Assembly: GCA_028686135.1 (NCBI GenBank)
Contig: JAQUCP010000002.1
Span: 11,306-75,305, forward strand
DNA length: 64,000 nucleotides
From: Bacteroidales bacterium
Lineage (GTDB): Bacteria > Bacteroidota > Bacteroidia > Bacteroidales > UBA12481
Direction: 5' to 3'
The notes under the pieces are model-generated. The model saw only the letters and a program-made list of their open reading frames with translations. It had not been told where the DNA came from and did no database searches. The position numbers and the translations under genes are program-made. This document shows, piece by piece, positions 53,995 to 63,622 of the stretch. The first letter of the stretch is position 1. The number at the start of each line of letters is the position of its first letter.

Positions 53995-54057
53995 TTAGTG
54001 TAATCCTTTCCGGTCAAACCGGCTTTTTCATCGGATTATTCACAAAAAAATCAACCT

Positions 54058-56277
54058 ATGTCAATAAAATCTTTATTAGTTATTCTGTTAGCTATGTGTC
54101 CGTTACTCCTACAGGCACAAATGGTTAGCGGCACTGTTTATGAACAGAGCAGGGAAGAAAAATTTTCACTGCCGGCAGTTAATGTGTATTGGGCTGGTTC
54201 TCAGATTGGCACGACAACCAATGCCGATGGCAAATTCGAATTGTATAAGCCAGATAAGTATAACAAGTTGGTAATCAGCTTTGTAGGATTTATGCCGGAT
54301 ACTTTGTTCTTGGATAAACCAGTGAGCAATTTAGAGGTGATCCTGAAGCCCGGATCTGATCTTGATGAGATCAGGATCGTACAGCGTGCTCCCGGTACGA
54401 TTATCGATCGCCTTGATCCGATTCAGACAGAGAAAATCACCTATGCAGAACTATGCAAAGCTGCCTGCTGTAATCTCTCAGAAAGCTTTAATACCAACGC
54501 TTCAGTGGATGCTTACTATTCGAACGCAGTTACCGGTGCACGCCAAATCAGACTCCTGGGCCTGGATGGAACCTATGTTCAGCTACTGACCGAAAACATC
54601 CCCAATATGAGGGGGATCGCCACCTCTTATGGCCTTACGTACATCCCAGGCCCCTGGATGGAAGGAATCATGGTTTCCAAGGGAACCTCATCAGTAAAAA
54701 ATGGCTACGAATCCATTGCTGGACAGATTAATGTAGAGTATTTGAAACCCAACGTGGCCGACCGACTGTTGCTCAACCTGTTTGGAAGTAGCGCTGGTCG
54801 CTCGGAAGCGAACATCGTTGCTTCTCACAACTTTAGTTCCAAGCTCAGTACGCTGATACTCGGCCATTTTAGTAATGATTTCGTCAAGGAAGACCATAAT
54901 GGTGATAATTTCCTGGATGAACCTCTTTATACCCAGTATAACCTCTTGAACAGATGGTACTATGCTACCGATCATATTCGGATGCACGCTGGATGGAAGC
55001 TGCTGAGCGAAGAGCGTACTTCCGGCTCGCTCGACTTTATTAAAAATGAGCCCCGGGATGTCGATCATCCGTATGGTATTGGGATCACAACCAAACGGGC
55101 AGAAGCTTTTCTGAAGCTCGGCTATGTGTTTAATAATGAGCTTAATTCTAGTTTTGGTAGTATCAACTCCTTCTCTTATCACAAGCAGAAATCGTTTTTC
55201 GGACTCCGTTCCTACATGGGCGATCAGTTCAATTATTACCTCAACCTGATGTATCAAACCGACCTGGTGAATGCAGCCCACAACTTGACTACCGGGTTCA
55301 GTCTAAATCTGGATGATTATACAGAACAGTTGGATGGAATTGATTCAGGTCGTCGGGAGGTAGTGCCTGGAATTTATTCGGAATACAACTACAAACCATC
55401 CGAGCATTTGACTCTGCTAGCCGGTCTTCGACTCGATTACCATAACCTCTATGGCCTGATGTTTACTCCCCGGATTCATACCCGTTTTGATATTCAAGGG
55501 CATACCCATTTTCGCTTGTCGGTTGGTAAAGGCTACCGATCCCCACTCATACTGGCGGAAAATAACCACTTCCTGGCGAATTCGAGGGAAATCATAATCG
55601 GAGAAAATATCCGTCAGGAAGAGGCTTGGAATTTCGGTGCAAGCATTACCCATTTTATACCCCTGGGGGTGCAACCCATGTCGATATCCCTGGAAGCCTA
55701 CCGGACTCAGTTTATCGAACAGGTTATCGTAGATCTGGATTCTGATGTCAACCAGGTCAGATTCAATAACCTGGATGGCGAATCCTATTCTAATAATCTC
55801 CAAGCCGAAGTGTCAACCCAGTTTCTAAAAGGCCTCGAAACAAAAATTGCCTTCCGCTACTCTGATGTTCGCTATACTATTGGTAATGAATTGATGGTCA
55901 AACCATTGGTTAGTAAGTACAAGGGGCTCTTTGTAGCTTCTTATCAAACACCGTTAAAAAAATGGCAGTTTGATCTGACCTTTCAGCTGAATGGCCCGGG
56001 CCGAATTCCTTCAACCAAGGCAAACCCCGAGCCTTATCGGATGGAAGAGACATTTGATCCTTATGGGATAGTTAATGTGCAGGTTACCAAATATTTTCGG
56101 ACTTGGGAGCTCTATCTCGGGGTGGAGAACCTGACGAATTATCGCCAGATTCATTCGGTTTTGGCAGCTAACGAACCATTCGGAGAGTATTTTGATTCCT
56201 CCCTCATCTGGGGACCGCTGCATGGACGAAAAATCTACCTGGGACTTCGTTTTCGAATTGAAAATCCAGATAATTAG
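54058..56277 (+). CDS. TonB-dependent receptor with N-terminal carboxypeptidase-regulatory-like domain
   Basis: 739 aa with a signal peptide. CarboxypepD_reg pattern VSGTVYE...LPAVNVYW...TTTNADGKFEL..., then a plug region (IRLLGLDGTYVQLLTENIP) and a long beta-barrel. Confidence 0.85.
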   Translation: MSIKSLLVILLAMCPLLLQAQMVSGTVYEQSREEKFSLPAVNVYWAGSQIGTTTNADGKFELYKPDKYNKLVISFVGFMPDTLFLDKPVSNLEVILKPGSDLDEIRIVQRAPGTIIDRLDPIQTEKITYAELCKAACCNLSESFNTNASVDAYYSNAVTGARQIRLLGLDGTYVQLLTENIPNMRGIATSYGLTYIPGPWMEGIMVSKGTSSVKNGYESIAGQINVEYLKPNVADRLLLNLFGSSAGRSEANIVASHNFSSKLSTLILGHFSNDFVKEDHNGDNFLDEPLYTQYNLLNRWYYATDHIRMHAGWKLLSEERTSGSLDFIKNEPRDVDHPYGIGITTKRAEAFLKLGYVFNNELNSSFGSINSFSYHKQKSFFGLRSYMGDQFNYYLNLMYQTDLVNAAHNLTTGFSLNLDDYTEQLDGIDSGRREVVPGIYSEYNYKPSEHLTLLAGLRLDYHNLYGLMFTPRIHTRFDIQGHTHFRLSVGKGYRSPLILAENNHFLANSREIIIGENIRQEEAWNFGASITHFIPLGVQPMSISLEAYRTQFIEQVIVDLDSDVNQVRFNNLDGESYSNNLQAEVSTQFLKGLETKIAFRYSDVRYTIGNELMVKPLVSKYKGLFVASYQTPLKKWQFDLTFQLNGPGRIPSTKANPEPYRMEETFDPYGIVNVQVTKYFRTWELYLGVENLTNYRQIHSVLAANEPFGEYFDSSLIWGPLHGRKIYLGLRFRIENPDN

Positions 56278-56314
56278 TAGTTTACGTAATACAATCATCA
56301 AAAATATCAAGATC

Positions 56315-56653
56315 ATGAAAAGAATGTTGTTTATCCTGATTGCACTATTCACCACTTCGCTGATCTCTATCGAGGATGTTCAGGCTCAGGAAAAAAAGAA
56401 AAAGGATAATCAGAAAACCATGAAAGCATGGGTTTCGATGGACTGCGAAAATTGTAAGGCAAAAATCGAGAAAAACATCGCTTTTGAAAAGGGTGTTAAA
56501 AGTCTTGAAGTTGACCTGAAAACTAAAACGGTGACTATTGATTACCGCACCGACAAGACCAATCCGCAGAAACTCGAGAAAGCTATCGAAAAACTGGGAT
56601 ACACTGCGGAAATTATTGAGGAGGAGAAAGAAAAAGAACAGAAGACAAAGTAA
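56315..56653 (+). CDS. periplasmic heavy-metal-associated (HMA) domain protein
   Basis: Start at ATG 56315 (MKRMLFILIALFTTSLISIEDVQA, signal peptide). HMA motif SMDCENCKAKIEKNI with a beta-alpha-beta-beta-alpha-beta pattern. Lys/Glu-rich tail. Confidence 0.8.
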   Translation: MKRMLFILIALFTTSLISIEDVQAQEKKKKDNQKTMKAWVSMDCENCKAKIEKNIAFEKGVKSLEVDLKTKTVTIDYRTDKTNPQKLEKAIEKLGYTAEIIEEEKEKEQKTK

Positions 56654-56674
56654 AATCAACCCAAAGCGATCAAG

Positions 56675-56711
56675 AACAGGCTGGCCAGCATTGGGCTAGC
56701 CTGTTTTTTTT
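56675..56711 (+). terminator. Rho-independent terminator after the HMA gene
   Basis: 12-bp stem aacaggctggcc (56675..56686) pairs with ggctagcctgtt (56694..56705), with one G-U pair and a 7-nt loop. A T8 run follows. Confidence 0.8.
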
Positions 56712-56738
56712 GTTGATTTTTTTGGTGTATTCATAAAT

Positions 56739-56777
56739 TAGTAATAATTATGCACCGAAATTGTAAAATTATTCATC
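56739..56777. promoter_or_regulatory. candidate pair of ARG boxes (ArgR operator) abutting the argR start codon
   Basis: There are two 18-bp windows separated by 3 bp. Core 56741..56754 is GTAATaattATGCA, which reads TGCATaattATTAC on the other strand. Core 56762..56775 is TGTAAaattATTCA. Each matches TGAAT-wwww-ATTCA at about 8 of 10 core positions. Confidence 0.35.
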
Positions 56778-57254
56778 ATGGATCGTGATACAAGACAAGA
56801 AGCCGTAGCGATAATTCTCAGGGAAGAATGGATCAGGAATCAGGAAGAGCTTCAGAAATCATTGGAAAAGAAGGGTTTTGAAGTTACACAGGCAACACTT
56901 TCCAGAGATCTGCGACAATTACATGTCATGAAGATTATGGATCCGATTCGGGGATCACGGTATATTCTTCCAGAGGATAAAGATCTTAGGGAGGCCATGA
57001 CCCGGGTGCCGGACCACATGGATGGAGTCTTGTCGGTCGAATTCTCTGGACAATTTGGCGTGATAAGAACTTTACCTGGATTTGCCAATGGTGTAGCCTT
57101 CACCTTGGATTATCAGCAGATCCCGGAAATCATGGGGACTATTGCTGGGGATGATACGATCCTAGTCATTCTCAAAGAAGGGGTTACAAAAAACCTAATA
57201 TCCGGTGTAATCAGTAGCCGGTTTCCTGGTATCTCAACCAAACTAATTGGTTGA
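56778..57254 (+). CDS. argR: arginine repressor
   Basis: 158 aa. Winged-helix motif [10 protein letters not shown]-terminal oligomerisation/arginine-binding motif [12 protein letters not shown]. Confidence 0.9.
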   Translation: MDRDTRQEAVAIILREEWIRNQEELQKSLEKKGFEVTQATLSRDLRQLHVMKIMDPIRGSRYILPEDKDLREAMTRVPDHMDGVLSVEFSGQFGVIRTLPGFANGVAFTLDYQQIPEIMGTIAGDDTILVILKEGVTKNLISGVISSRFPGISTKLIG

Positions 57255-57286
57255 TTTTATTCAAATTATCTCATTTAAAAAGTATT

Positions 57287-58546
57287 ATGAAAAAGAAGGT
57301 GGTTCTGGCCTACAGTGGAGGCTTGGATACTTCAGTCATTCTGAAGTGGTTGATTAACAAGGGGTATGATGTTATTTGCTATGTAGGTGACGTAGGACAA
57401 GTGGACAATTTTGATGAGGTCAAAGAGAAAGCTTTGACGCTGGGAGCCACAAAAGTCTATGTTGAAGACCTCAAGCGTGAACTAGTGGTGGATTACATTT
57501 TCCCGGCTCTGAGGGGAAATGCTTTGTATGAAGGAAGGTATCTTCTGGGCACTGCCATAGCGCGTCCACTGATCGCTAAAAGACAGGTAGAGATTGCCTT
57601 GAAGGAGAATTGCAATTTTCTGGCTCATGGGGCCACCGGAAAAGGCAACGATCAGGTGAGGTTTGAGTTTGTATTCTATGCTCTTCACCCAGAGGCAACC
57701 ATCATTTCTCCATGGAAGGATCCAGAGTTTTTGCAAGAGTTTAAAGGCCGTACCGATATGATCCGGTATGCCGAAAAGTATCAGATACCAGTAAAGGTTA
57801 CCGCTGCTAAAACTTATAGTGAAGATGATAACCTACTGCATATCAGTCATGAAGCCGGTATCCTCGAAGATCCTGCTGCTCGTTGCCCCGAAAATGTTTA
57901 CTCAAAAACGCTTTCTCCTTTTATGGCTTCCGACTCAGAAACACTGGTTGAGATTGAGTTTGAAAACGGAACTCCTGTGAGGATACTGAATTTGGAGGAT
58001 GGAACCGAGAAAACCGATCCGCTTGAATTATTTGAATATGCCAATCATATTGCCGGAGTTAATGGAATTGGCCGTTTAGATATGGTAGAGAACAGGTTTA
58101 TTGGAATCAAATCAAGAGGTGTTTATGAAACTCCTGGTGGCTATCTCCTGTGGGAAGCTCACCGTGATCTCGAAGGAATTGCCATGGATAAGGAGGTGAT
58201 GCATCTGAGAGATATGCTGATTCCAAAATTCTCGGAATTGATCTACAACGGTTTGTGGTTCAGTCCGGAAATGGACTTCCTCATGGCTGCTTTTAATAAG
58301 AGCCAGGAGCAAATTACCGGTAAGGTCGTACTGTCTCTTTATAAGGGTAATGCTCAACCCGTTTACCGCGAATCACCAGTTAGCCTTTACGACAAAGACC
58401 TCTCATCCATGGATATAGAAGGAGGCTTTGATGCAACTGATACCAAAGGGTTCATTAATATTAACGCGATCCGCCTAAAGGCCCACCATCTGGTTCTGCG
58501 CAAACAACAGCCTTACCAGTGGCGTCCGACTTACCTTAAGCCATGA
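57287..58546 (+). CDS. argG: argininosuccinate synthase
   Basis: Start at ATG 57287 ([16 protein letters not shown]). Motifs [14 protein letters not shown] and [18 protein letters not shown]. Confidence 0.93.
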   Translation: MKKKVVLAYSGGLDTSVILKWLINKGYDVICYVGDVGQVDNFDEVKEKALTLGATKVYVEDLKRELVVDYIFPALRGNALYEGRYLLGTAIARPLIAKRQVEIALKENCNFLAHGATGKGNDQVRFEFVFYALHPEATIISPWKDPEFLQEFKGRTDMIRYAEKYQIPVKVTAAKTYSEDDNLLHISHEAGILEDPAARCPENVYSKTLSPFMASDSETLVEIEFENGTPVRILNLEDGTEKTDPLELFEYANHIAGVNGIGRLDMVENRFIGIKSRGVYETPGGYLLWEAHRDLEGIAMDKEVMHLRDMLIPKFSELIYNGLWFSPEMDFLMAAFNKSQEQITGKVVLSLYKGNAQPVYRESPVSLYDKDLSSMDIEGGFDATDTKGFININAIRLKAHHLVLRKQQPYQWRPTYLKP

Positions 58547-58550
58547 TTCG

Positions 58551-59741
58551 ATGAAACTTTGGCAAAATACAGAGTCGCTTGATTCACTGATTGAATCATT
58601 TACTACCGGGCTTGATCCACAGCTCGATATGGAGTTGATTCCCTACGACTGCCTGGGCACCATCGCTCATGTGAAGATGCTCGGTAGTCTTGGGTATCTT
58701 ACCCATAACGAAACAGAAAGCTTGGTTTTGTGCTTGGAAGAGATTCGGGAGCATCATGCAACCGGCCACTTCCATATCCACCCAGATCAAGAGGACGGTC
58801 ATACTGCAATTGAATGCTATCTCATTGAAAAACTTGGTGATACAGGAAAGAAAGTGCATACTGGTCGATCCAGAAATGATCAGGTATTAACAGCGATCCG
58901 ACTATACGAGAAGGACTTCCTGTCAGAGTTATCAACCTTGCTGGAGAAGCTAATCTCCTCCATGAATATTTTCGCTACCGGGGCAGGGTCAGTGCCCATG
59001 CCTGGCTACACCCACACCAGAAAAGCCATGCCTTTTAGCGTGGCCGAATGGATCGGAGCAACCGCTTTGGCATTGGGCGATGACCAGAAAATGATTCAAA
59101 GTACACTGGAACTGATCGACAGAAGTCCACTGGGTAGTGGGGCAGGGTACGGAGTTCCCTTGCCCCTCGATCGTCAAATGACGGCCTCCCTAATGGGCTT
59201 CAGCCAGGTAATGGATAATCCGGCGCACGCGCAAAATAGCCGAGGAAAGCTTGAATCCCGAATCCTTAATGATTGTTCCATGATCCTGCTTGACCTGAAT
59301 CGCTGGGCTTCTGATATCATTCTCTTTACGCTCCCAGAGATTGGGTACTTCGGCCTGAAAGCTGATCTGGTAACAGGTTCTTCTATCATGCCACACAAGC
59401 AGAATCCTGATGTATTGGAACTGATTCGTGCTTCTTATCACCAACTGAATGGTTATGAGTGGCAGATGAAAGCTTTACCGGCTAACCTGATCTCCGGATA
59501 TCATCGCGATATGCAGCTCACAAAAGAACCACTGATGCGCGGATTGCGCCTAACCAGGGATGTGATAGCAGTCAGCGACCGTGTCATAGATGGGCTGGTC
59601 ATTCATGCGGAGAAGCTGGAAGAATCCATGACCGAAGAGTTGTCATCCGTCAGAAAAGCCATTGAACTGGTGAAATCCGGAATGCCATTCCGTGATGCTT
59701 ACCATCAGATTTCCAAAGACTTCCGGAATAATCAGGGTTGA
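58551..59741 (+). CDS. argH: argininosuccinate lyase (short form, 396 aa)
   Basis: Motifs MKLWQ, HTGRSRNDQV, PGYTHTRKAMP and the fumarate-lyase signature GSSIMPHKQNPD. It ends shortly after MPFRDAYH, without the usual C-terminal ~50-60 aa. Confidence 0.85.
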   Translation: MKLWQNTESLDSLIESFTTGLDPQLDMELIPYDCLGTIAHVKMLGSLGYLTHNETESLVLCLEEIREHHATGHFHIHPDQEDGHTAIECYLIEKLGDTGKKVHTGRSRNDQVLTAIRLYEKDFLSELSTLLEKLISSMNIFATGAGSVPMPGYTHTRKAMPFSVAEWIGATALALGDDQKMIQSTLELIDRSPLGSGAGYGVPLPLDRQMTASLMGFSQVMDNPAHAQNSRGKLESRILNDCSMILLDLNRWASDIILFTLPEIGYFGLKADLVTGSSIMPHKQNPDVLELIRASYHQLNGYEWQMKALPANLISGYHRDMQLTKEPLMRGLRLTRDVIAVSDRVIDGLVIHAEKLEESMTEELSSVRKAIELVKSGMPFRDAYHQISKDFRNNQG

Positions 59742-60370
59742 TTTTGATAATACCGGCACCACTCCTTTAAACCGCACTCATCGCATTTAGGTTTTCTGGC
59801 CTGGCAGATGTACCGTCCGTGCAGAATCAGCCAGTGGTGCGCAATGGCGTGCAACTCCTCTGGAATGTGACTAACCAGTTGTTTCTCTGTTTCAAGCGGA
59901 GATCGTGCTTTCGTAGTGAGTCCCAGCCGGTCAGATACCCGGTGGACATGGGTGTCAACAGCGAGAGCTGGTTTCCCAAAAGCAACCGAGAGGATCACAT
60001 TGGCGGTTTTTCGCCCGATGCCCGGTATCTGTTCCAGATTCTCCAATGTGTCCGGAATATTCCCATTGAATTCACGACAAACTTTGATAGCCGCAGCAAT
60101 CAGGTGTTTGGTCTTATTATTTGGATAAGAGCAGGAACGTATCAGGTTAAAAACGTCCTCTACCGGGGCCGAGGCCAGATCGTGGATGGTCGGAAATTTC
60201 TTAAAAAAGGCTGGCGTGATGAGGTTCACCCGTTTATCCGTACACTGCCCAGAAAGAATCACTGCTACCATCAACTGGTAGGGATCATCGTAATGCAGTT
60301 CCGTCACGGCAATAGGCCTGTTTTCTTGAAACCAGGCAATGATACCGGCATATCGCTCTGAAAGAGTCAT
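59732..60370 (-). CDS. nth: endonuclease III
   Basis: 212 aa. HhH-GPD motif LEQIPGIGRKTANVIL, catalytic region VDTHVHRV and C-terminal FeS motif CQARKPKCDECGLKEWC. Confidence 0.92.
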   Translation of the reverse strand: MTLSERYAGIIAWFQENRPIAVTELHYDDPYQLMVAVILSGQCTDKRVNLITPAFFKKFPTIHDLASAPVEDVFNLIRSCSYPNNKTKHLIAAAIKVCREFNGNIPDTLENLEQIPGIGRKTANVILSVAFGKPALAVDTHVHRVSDRLGLTTKARSPLETEKQLVSHIPEELHAIAHHWLILHGRYICQARKPKCDECGLKEWCRYYQNQP

Positions 60371-60406
60371 GTTTTATAGACTCCGACGCGTAAATTTACC
60401 ATCAGG

Positions 60407-61348
60407 TTAATTAGGAATGAAAAATCTGCGACCGCGGAATACGTTCTCAGCCATCCGGTTAGTCTCACCGTTAAAAAAGGTTTGCGGATTAACAGAAGAT
60501 TGCATCACCATTCCAGCAGGATCGTTAAAGCCTTTGATTTCTACCGGAGCCATATTGATTCCTTCAACGGTTATCTGGTAAGTGTCACCGGTAAAGCCAG
60601 CCGTGTCAAAATCATCACGGAACTCAGTGCCTGTCAAATAAGCCAGCGTATTAAGGAATTGCATCGTTTTGAGCGAATCAGCTTTTTGTCCACCATCCAG
60701 CACCCATTTAGTACCCTCCTTTATCAGGGTGAAAGAGCTATCAGCTGGATAGAAAGCGGTAATTTTTGTGAAATCATTCCTGTTGCCACGGAAAATGGAT
60801 TTGTCGCGCAGGTCAGCCAATCCTCGGGTGAAAGAGAGTCCCAGATATCCTTCAACCGCAAATACCTCATTGTCATTTGCTAAACGTACATAAGTTATTG
60901 GTTGCCTGGATGTTTCGTTATAGGCAAATCGGCCAACGATCAAGTCAGTGGTGCTGTTTTTTGGACCGCTGATGGTCATTTTTATTCCCGCTGAATCGGT
61001 CACGTCATAATCGCTCCAGGCCTCTTTTCGGTTAGCGACTAATCGCTCCGGTTCCAGGATGGCCAGCTCCCCGGCAATTCCTTCGGCCAGCGACTGGTCG
61101 GCCGGATACTCTTTACCTTCTGAACGCAGTCGCCAGAGGGTATCTTCTTTAAATAGCTCGATGCCTTCGGCAGCAAATCCTGATGAATGAAAAATTATTC
61201 TGGAAATATCTTCGGCAGGATACTCGATCAGATCTTTTCGAAAGGTTCGGTCTCCCCGGGATGATTTGACCAGTTGGTTAGCAACGACAGCTACCAGGAG
61301 AATACCGAAGATAATCAGTAACAGGCGGTTGTTGCGATTTCTAGACAT
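60407..61348 (-). CDS. DUF4340-like protein, fourth gene of the GldA/F/G-type ABC operon
   Basis: Start at ATG 61348 (MSRNRNNRLLLIIFGILLVAVV, N-terminal anchor). It overlaps the upstream gene by 8 nt. The position matches DUF4340 partners of GldG-family proteins. Confidence 0.55.
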   Translation of the reverse strand: MSRNRNNRLLLIIFGILLVAVVANQLVKSSRGDRTFRKDLIEYPAEDISRIIFHSSGFAAEGIELFKEDTLWRLRSEGKEYPADQSLAEGIAGELAILEPERLVANRKEAWSDYDVTDSAGIKMTISGPKNSTTDLIVGRFAYNETSRQPITYVRLANDNEVFAVEGYLGLSFTRGLADLRDKSIFRGNRNDFTKITAFYPADSSFTLIKEGTKWVLDGGQKADSLKTMQFLNTLAYLTGTEFRDDFDTAGFTGDTYQITVEGINMAPVEIKGFNDPAGMVMQSSVNPQTFFNGETNRMAENVFRGRRFFIPN

Positions 61349-62855
61349 AACCTTCCTCCATTCGTTTGTTTCGCAGATTTCTGTTGTATTGCATTCTAAA
61401 GAGACCATAAATCACCACCAAAAGAATTGGTAGCAGGAAGTTTAGGTATTTAAGAAAAGCCTTTTTCCCGTCTTCCAATTGATCGAGTGGACGGTTGGAG
61501 ACCCCTTTAGTTCTCAGTTCGATCAACCCGGTATCATCAGAGAGGTAATCGATGGCATTAACAAAAAGGCTGATGTTATCGGGGGTTTGTTGCCTCATTT
61601 GTTCTCCGGATCCATTAACACTAAAATCTCCATCTCCAATCAGCACAATTCTGGCATCCCGTTCACCCGTGATTTTCCCCGATAAGATTCCCCCAACCGT
61701 CAGGTTCTTCATGGGAAAATCGTTCGGTGACCACTGTTTGCTAGCATCAAAATAGACCGGCGAGGGCATAGTCCCTGAAAGATCAGAGGTGCTCAGCAGG
61801 GGAGTGAAAGTCCGGGTGGTATCACCTGAATAGTAAACCGTACTGGCAAATGGTAACAGCACTCCTTCCAGTCCGGTTGTGATCGGATGGTCGGCAAAGG
61901 TCTGAATTACTGGTATATAGGGAAACTGTATGTTGGTTGAATAGGTAAACATCCCCTGTTGTTGTCTCACCTGGATGGATCCACATCGGTTGTCAATCAC
62001 GAAGTTATCTTCAACGACCAATCCTTTAGAGAGGAGCCAGGATTCAAGACCGGTGGTTAAAGAGAGTCCGCGGGCAACATTCAGATTGCCCATTACTCGA
62101 TTAATCCCAACATAGAGGTTGCCTCCGTTAGCCAGATACTCATCCAGCTGACGGAAATGTTCCTCGGGAATAGAATCAGTTGGTGCGAGGAGAACAACGG
62201 TGTTGTATTGAAGTAGTTGATTAACAGTATCTTCAAGATAAACGGGTTCAGATTGATACTGGATCTCCAGCATAGCTAAGGATTGCGGGAGAGCCTCTAA
62301 AGTAGGTTCACCATGACCCTGAATGAATCCAACACGAGCTTTATCCTTGACTGCCAATTTTTTAATCGCAGTTGAAAGAGCATATTCCATGGCTGATCCG
62401 GGTGGCATGAAGGGTATGGACTCAGCTTCATCGCCCATGCTCACCACCGCACCGATATAGACCTTCTGCTGGGTCATCTGGTCTTTATCACGCACACCCA
62501 CAATCCTTGGTTGGATTCCGGCGGAGGTAGCTTTCTGCTCTAACTCCTCACTGGAGCTTGGATCGATGAATTCATAAACCAGATGGCCTTTTGAAATGTT
62601 CTGATATTCAACAAGAAGTTCTTTGAAATCCCGGTGGGTCTTCTTTAGTTCATTGGGAACCTTTTTGCTGAAATAGGCTGTCACTGTTACCGGTTCATCC
62701 AGCGTTTTTAGGATATTTTTGGTAGCGCGACTGAGGGTGTAACGCTGATCGGAGGTCAGGTCGAGGCGCAAGAAGAAACTGTCTGATAAAATGTTAACCA
62801 GGATAAGAATTCCAACGACAGTCAGCAAATATAGGGTAGTCTTTTTCATGATCAT
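61341..62855 (-). CDS. gldG: GldG-family ABC-transporter auxiliary (substrate-binding-like) protein
   Basis: 504 aa with N- and C-terminal TM anchors. N-terminal motif RLDLTSDQRYTLS, typical of GldG/ABC_transp_aux proteins. It lies downstream of an ABC-2 permease. Confidence 0.65.
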   Translation of the reverse strand: MIMKKTTLYLLTVVGILILVNILSDSFFLRLDLTSDQRYTLSRATKNILKTLDEPVTVTAYFSKKVPNELKKTHRDFKELLVEYQNISKGHLVYEFIDPSSSEELEQKATSAGIQPRIVGVRDKDQMTQQKVYIGAVVSMGDEAESIPFMPPGSAMEYALSTAIKKLAVKDKARVGFIQGHGEPTLEALPQSLAMLEIQYQSEPVYLEDTVNQLLQYNTVVLLAPTDSIPEEHFRQLDEYLANGGNLYVGINRVMGNLNVARGLSLTTGLESWLLSKGLVVEDNFVIDNRCGSIQVRQQQGMFTYSTNIQFPYIPVIQTFADHPITTGLEGVLLPFASTVYYSGDTTRTFTPLLSTSDLSGTMPSPVYFDASKQWSPNDFPMKNLTVGGILSGKITGERDARIVLIGDGDFSVNGSGEQMRQQTPDNISLFVNAIDYLSDDTGLIELRTKGVSNRPLDQLEDGKKAFLKYLNFLLPILLVVIYGLFRMQYNRNLRNKRMEEGYV

Positions 62856-62868
62856 TCCGCTTTTTGAA

Positions 62869-63588
62869 TTAGAAACGTCTTCTGGCCAGAACCGATTCCG
62901 TCAGAAGGAGCGCCAGGCCGATGAGGCTGAAAAAGTAAACCAGGTCTTTGGTATCAATGATTCCACGGCTCATGGAATCAAAATGGGTTGCCAGGTTCAG
63001 GTAGTTGAGGATGCTTCCCGTTGCGCCGGAAATGTTGCCGGCAAGCACTCCAAAGACGATATGGAAGAATATCCCGATTAACAGGGCGAGCAGGAATCCA
63101 ACAATCTGATTTTTGGAGACACTGCTGGCAAAAAGCCCTATGGCGATATAACTGGCCGACATCAGGATCAACGCCAGATAACCTGCCCAAACAGCTCCAT
63201 GATCCACCGGACCAAGAGTGGATATGGTAATGTAGTAAGGCAGGGTAAATGCCAGAGCAATCAGGATAAGTAAAAGAGTTGAAAGAAACTTTCCGACTAC
63301 CACCTGCCAATCGTTAACGGGCTTTGTAAGCAATAGTTCGATGGTTCCTGAACGTGTTTCTTCTGCCAGCAGGCCCATGGTTAGGCCTGGAATAAAGAAA
63401 AATAGCGACCAGTAAGCTATAGCGAAGAATACCTGCAGACTGGCCTGTCCGACCAAAAACACATCGGCGCCAAATATCCAAGTAAAGAAACCGCTGAACC
63501 CGAGAAAGGCTACAAGCAGGATGTAGGCCATCAGGGAATTGAAAAAACTTCTCAATTCACGTCGGGCGATGATCCATATTCCATTCAT
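62869..63588 (-). CDS. gldF: ABC-2-type permease, GldF-like
   Basis: 239 aa with 6 TM helices. N-terminus ARRELRSFFNSLMAYILL. It lies between the ATPase and GldG genes. Confidence 0.65.
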   Translation of the reverse strand: MNGIWIIARRELRSFFNSLMAYILLVAFLGFSGFFTWIFGADVFLVGQASLQVFFAIAYWSLFFFIPGLTMGLLAEETRSGTIELLLTKPVNDWQVVVGKFLSTLLLILIALAFTLPYYITISTLGPVDHGAVWAGYLALILMSASYIAIGLFASSVSKNQIVGFLLALLIGIFFHIVFGVLAGNISGATGSILNYLNLATHFDSMSRGIIDTKDLVYFFSLIGLALLLTESVLARRRF

Positions 63589-63622
63589 AATTTGAAGAGC
63601 TATTGGTTTTGTCTTAAACTTG

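Noticed and set aside
54010-54028. A hairpin, ccggt-caa-accgg, followed by cttttt between the His/Cys-rich gene and the TonB receptor gene, considered as a terminator.
   Set aside because: The stem is only 5 bp and the T-run is short and interrupted. It is at best an attenuating structure, so I did not list it as a terminator feature.
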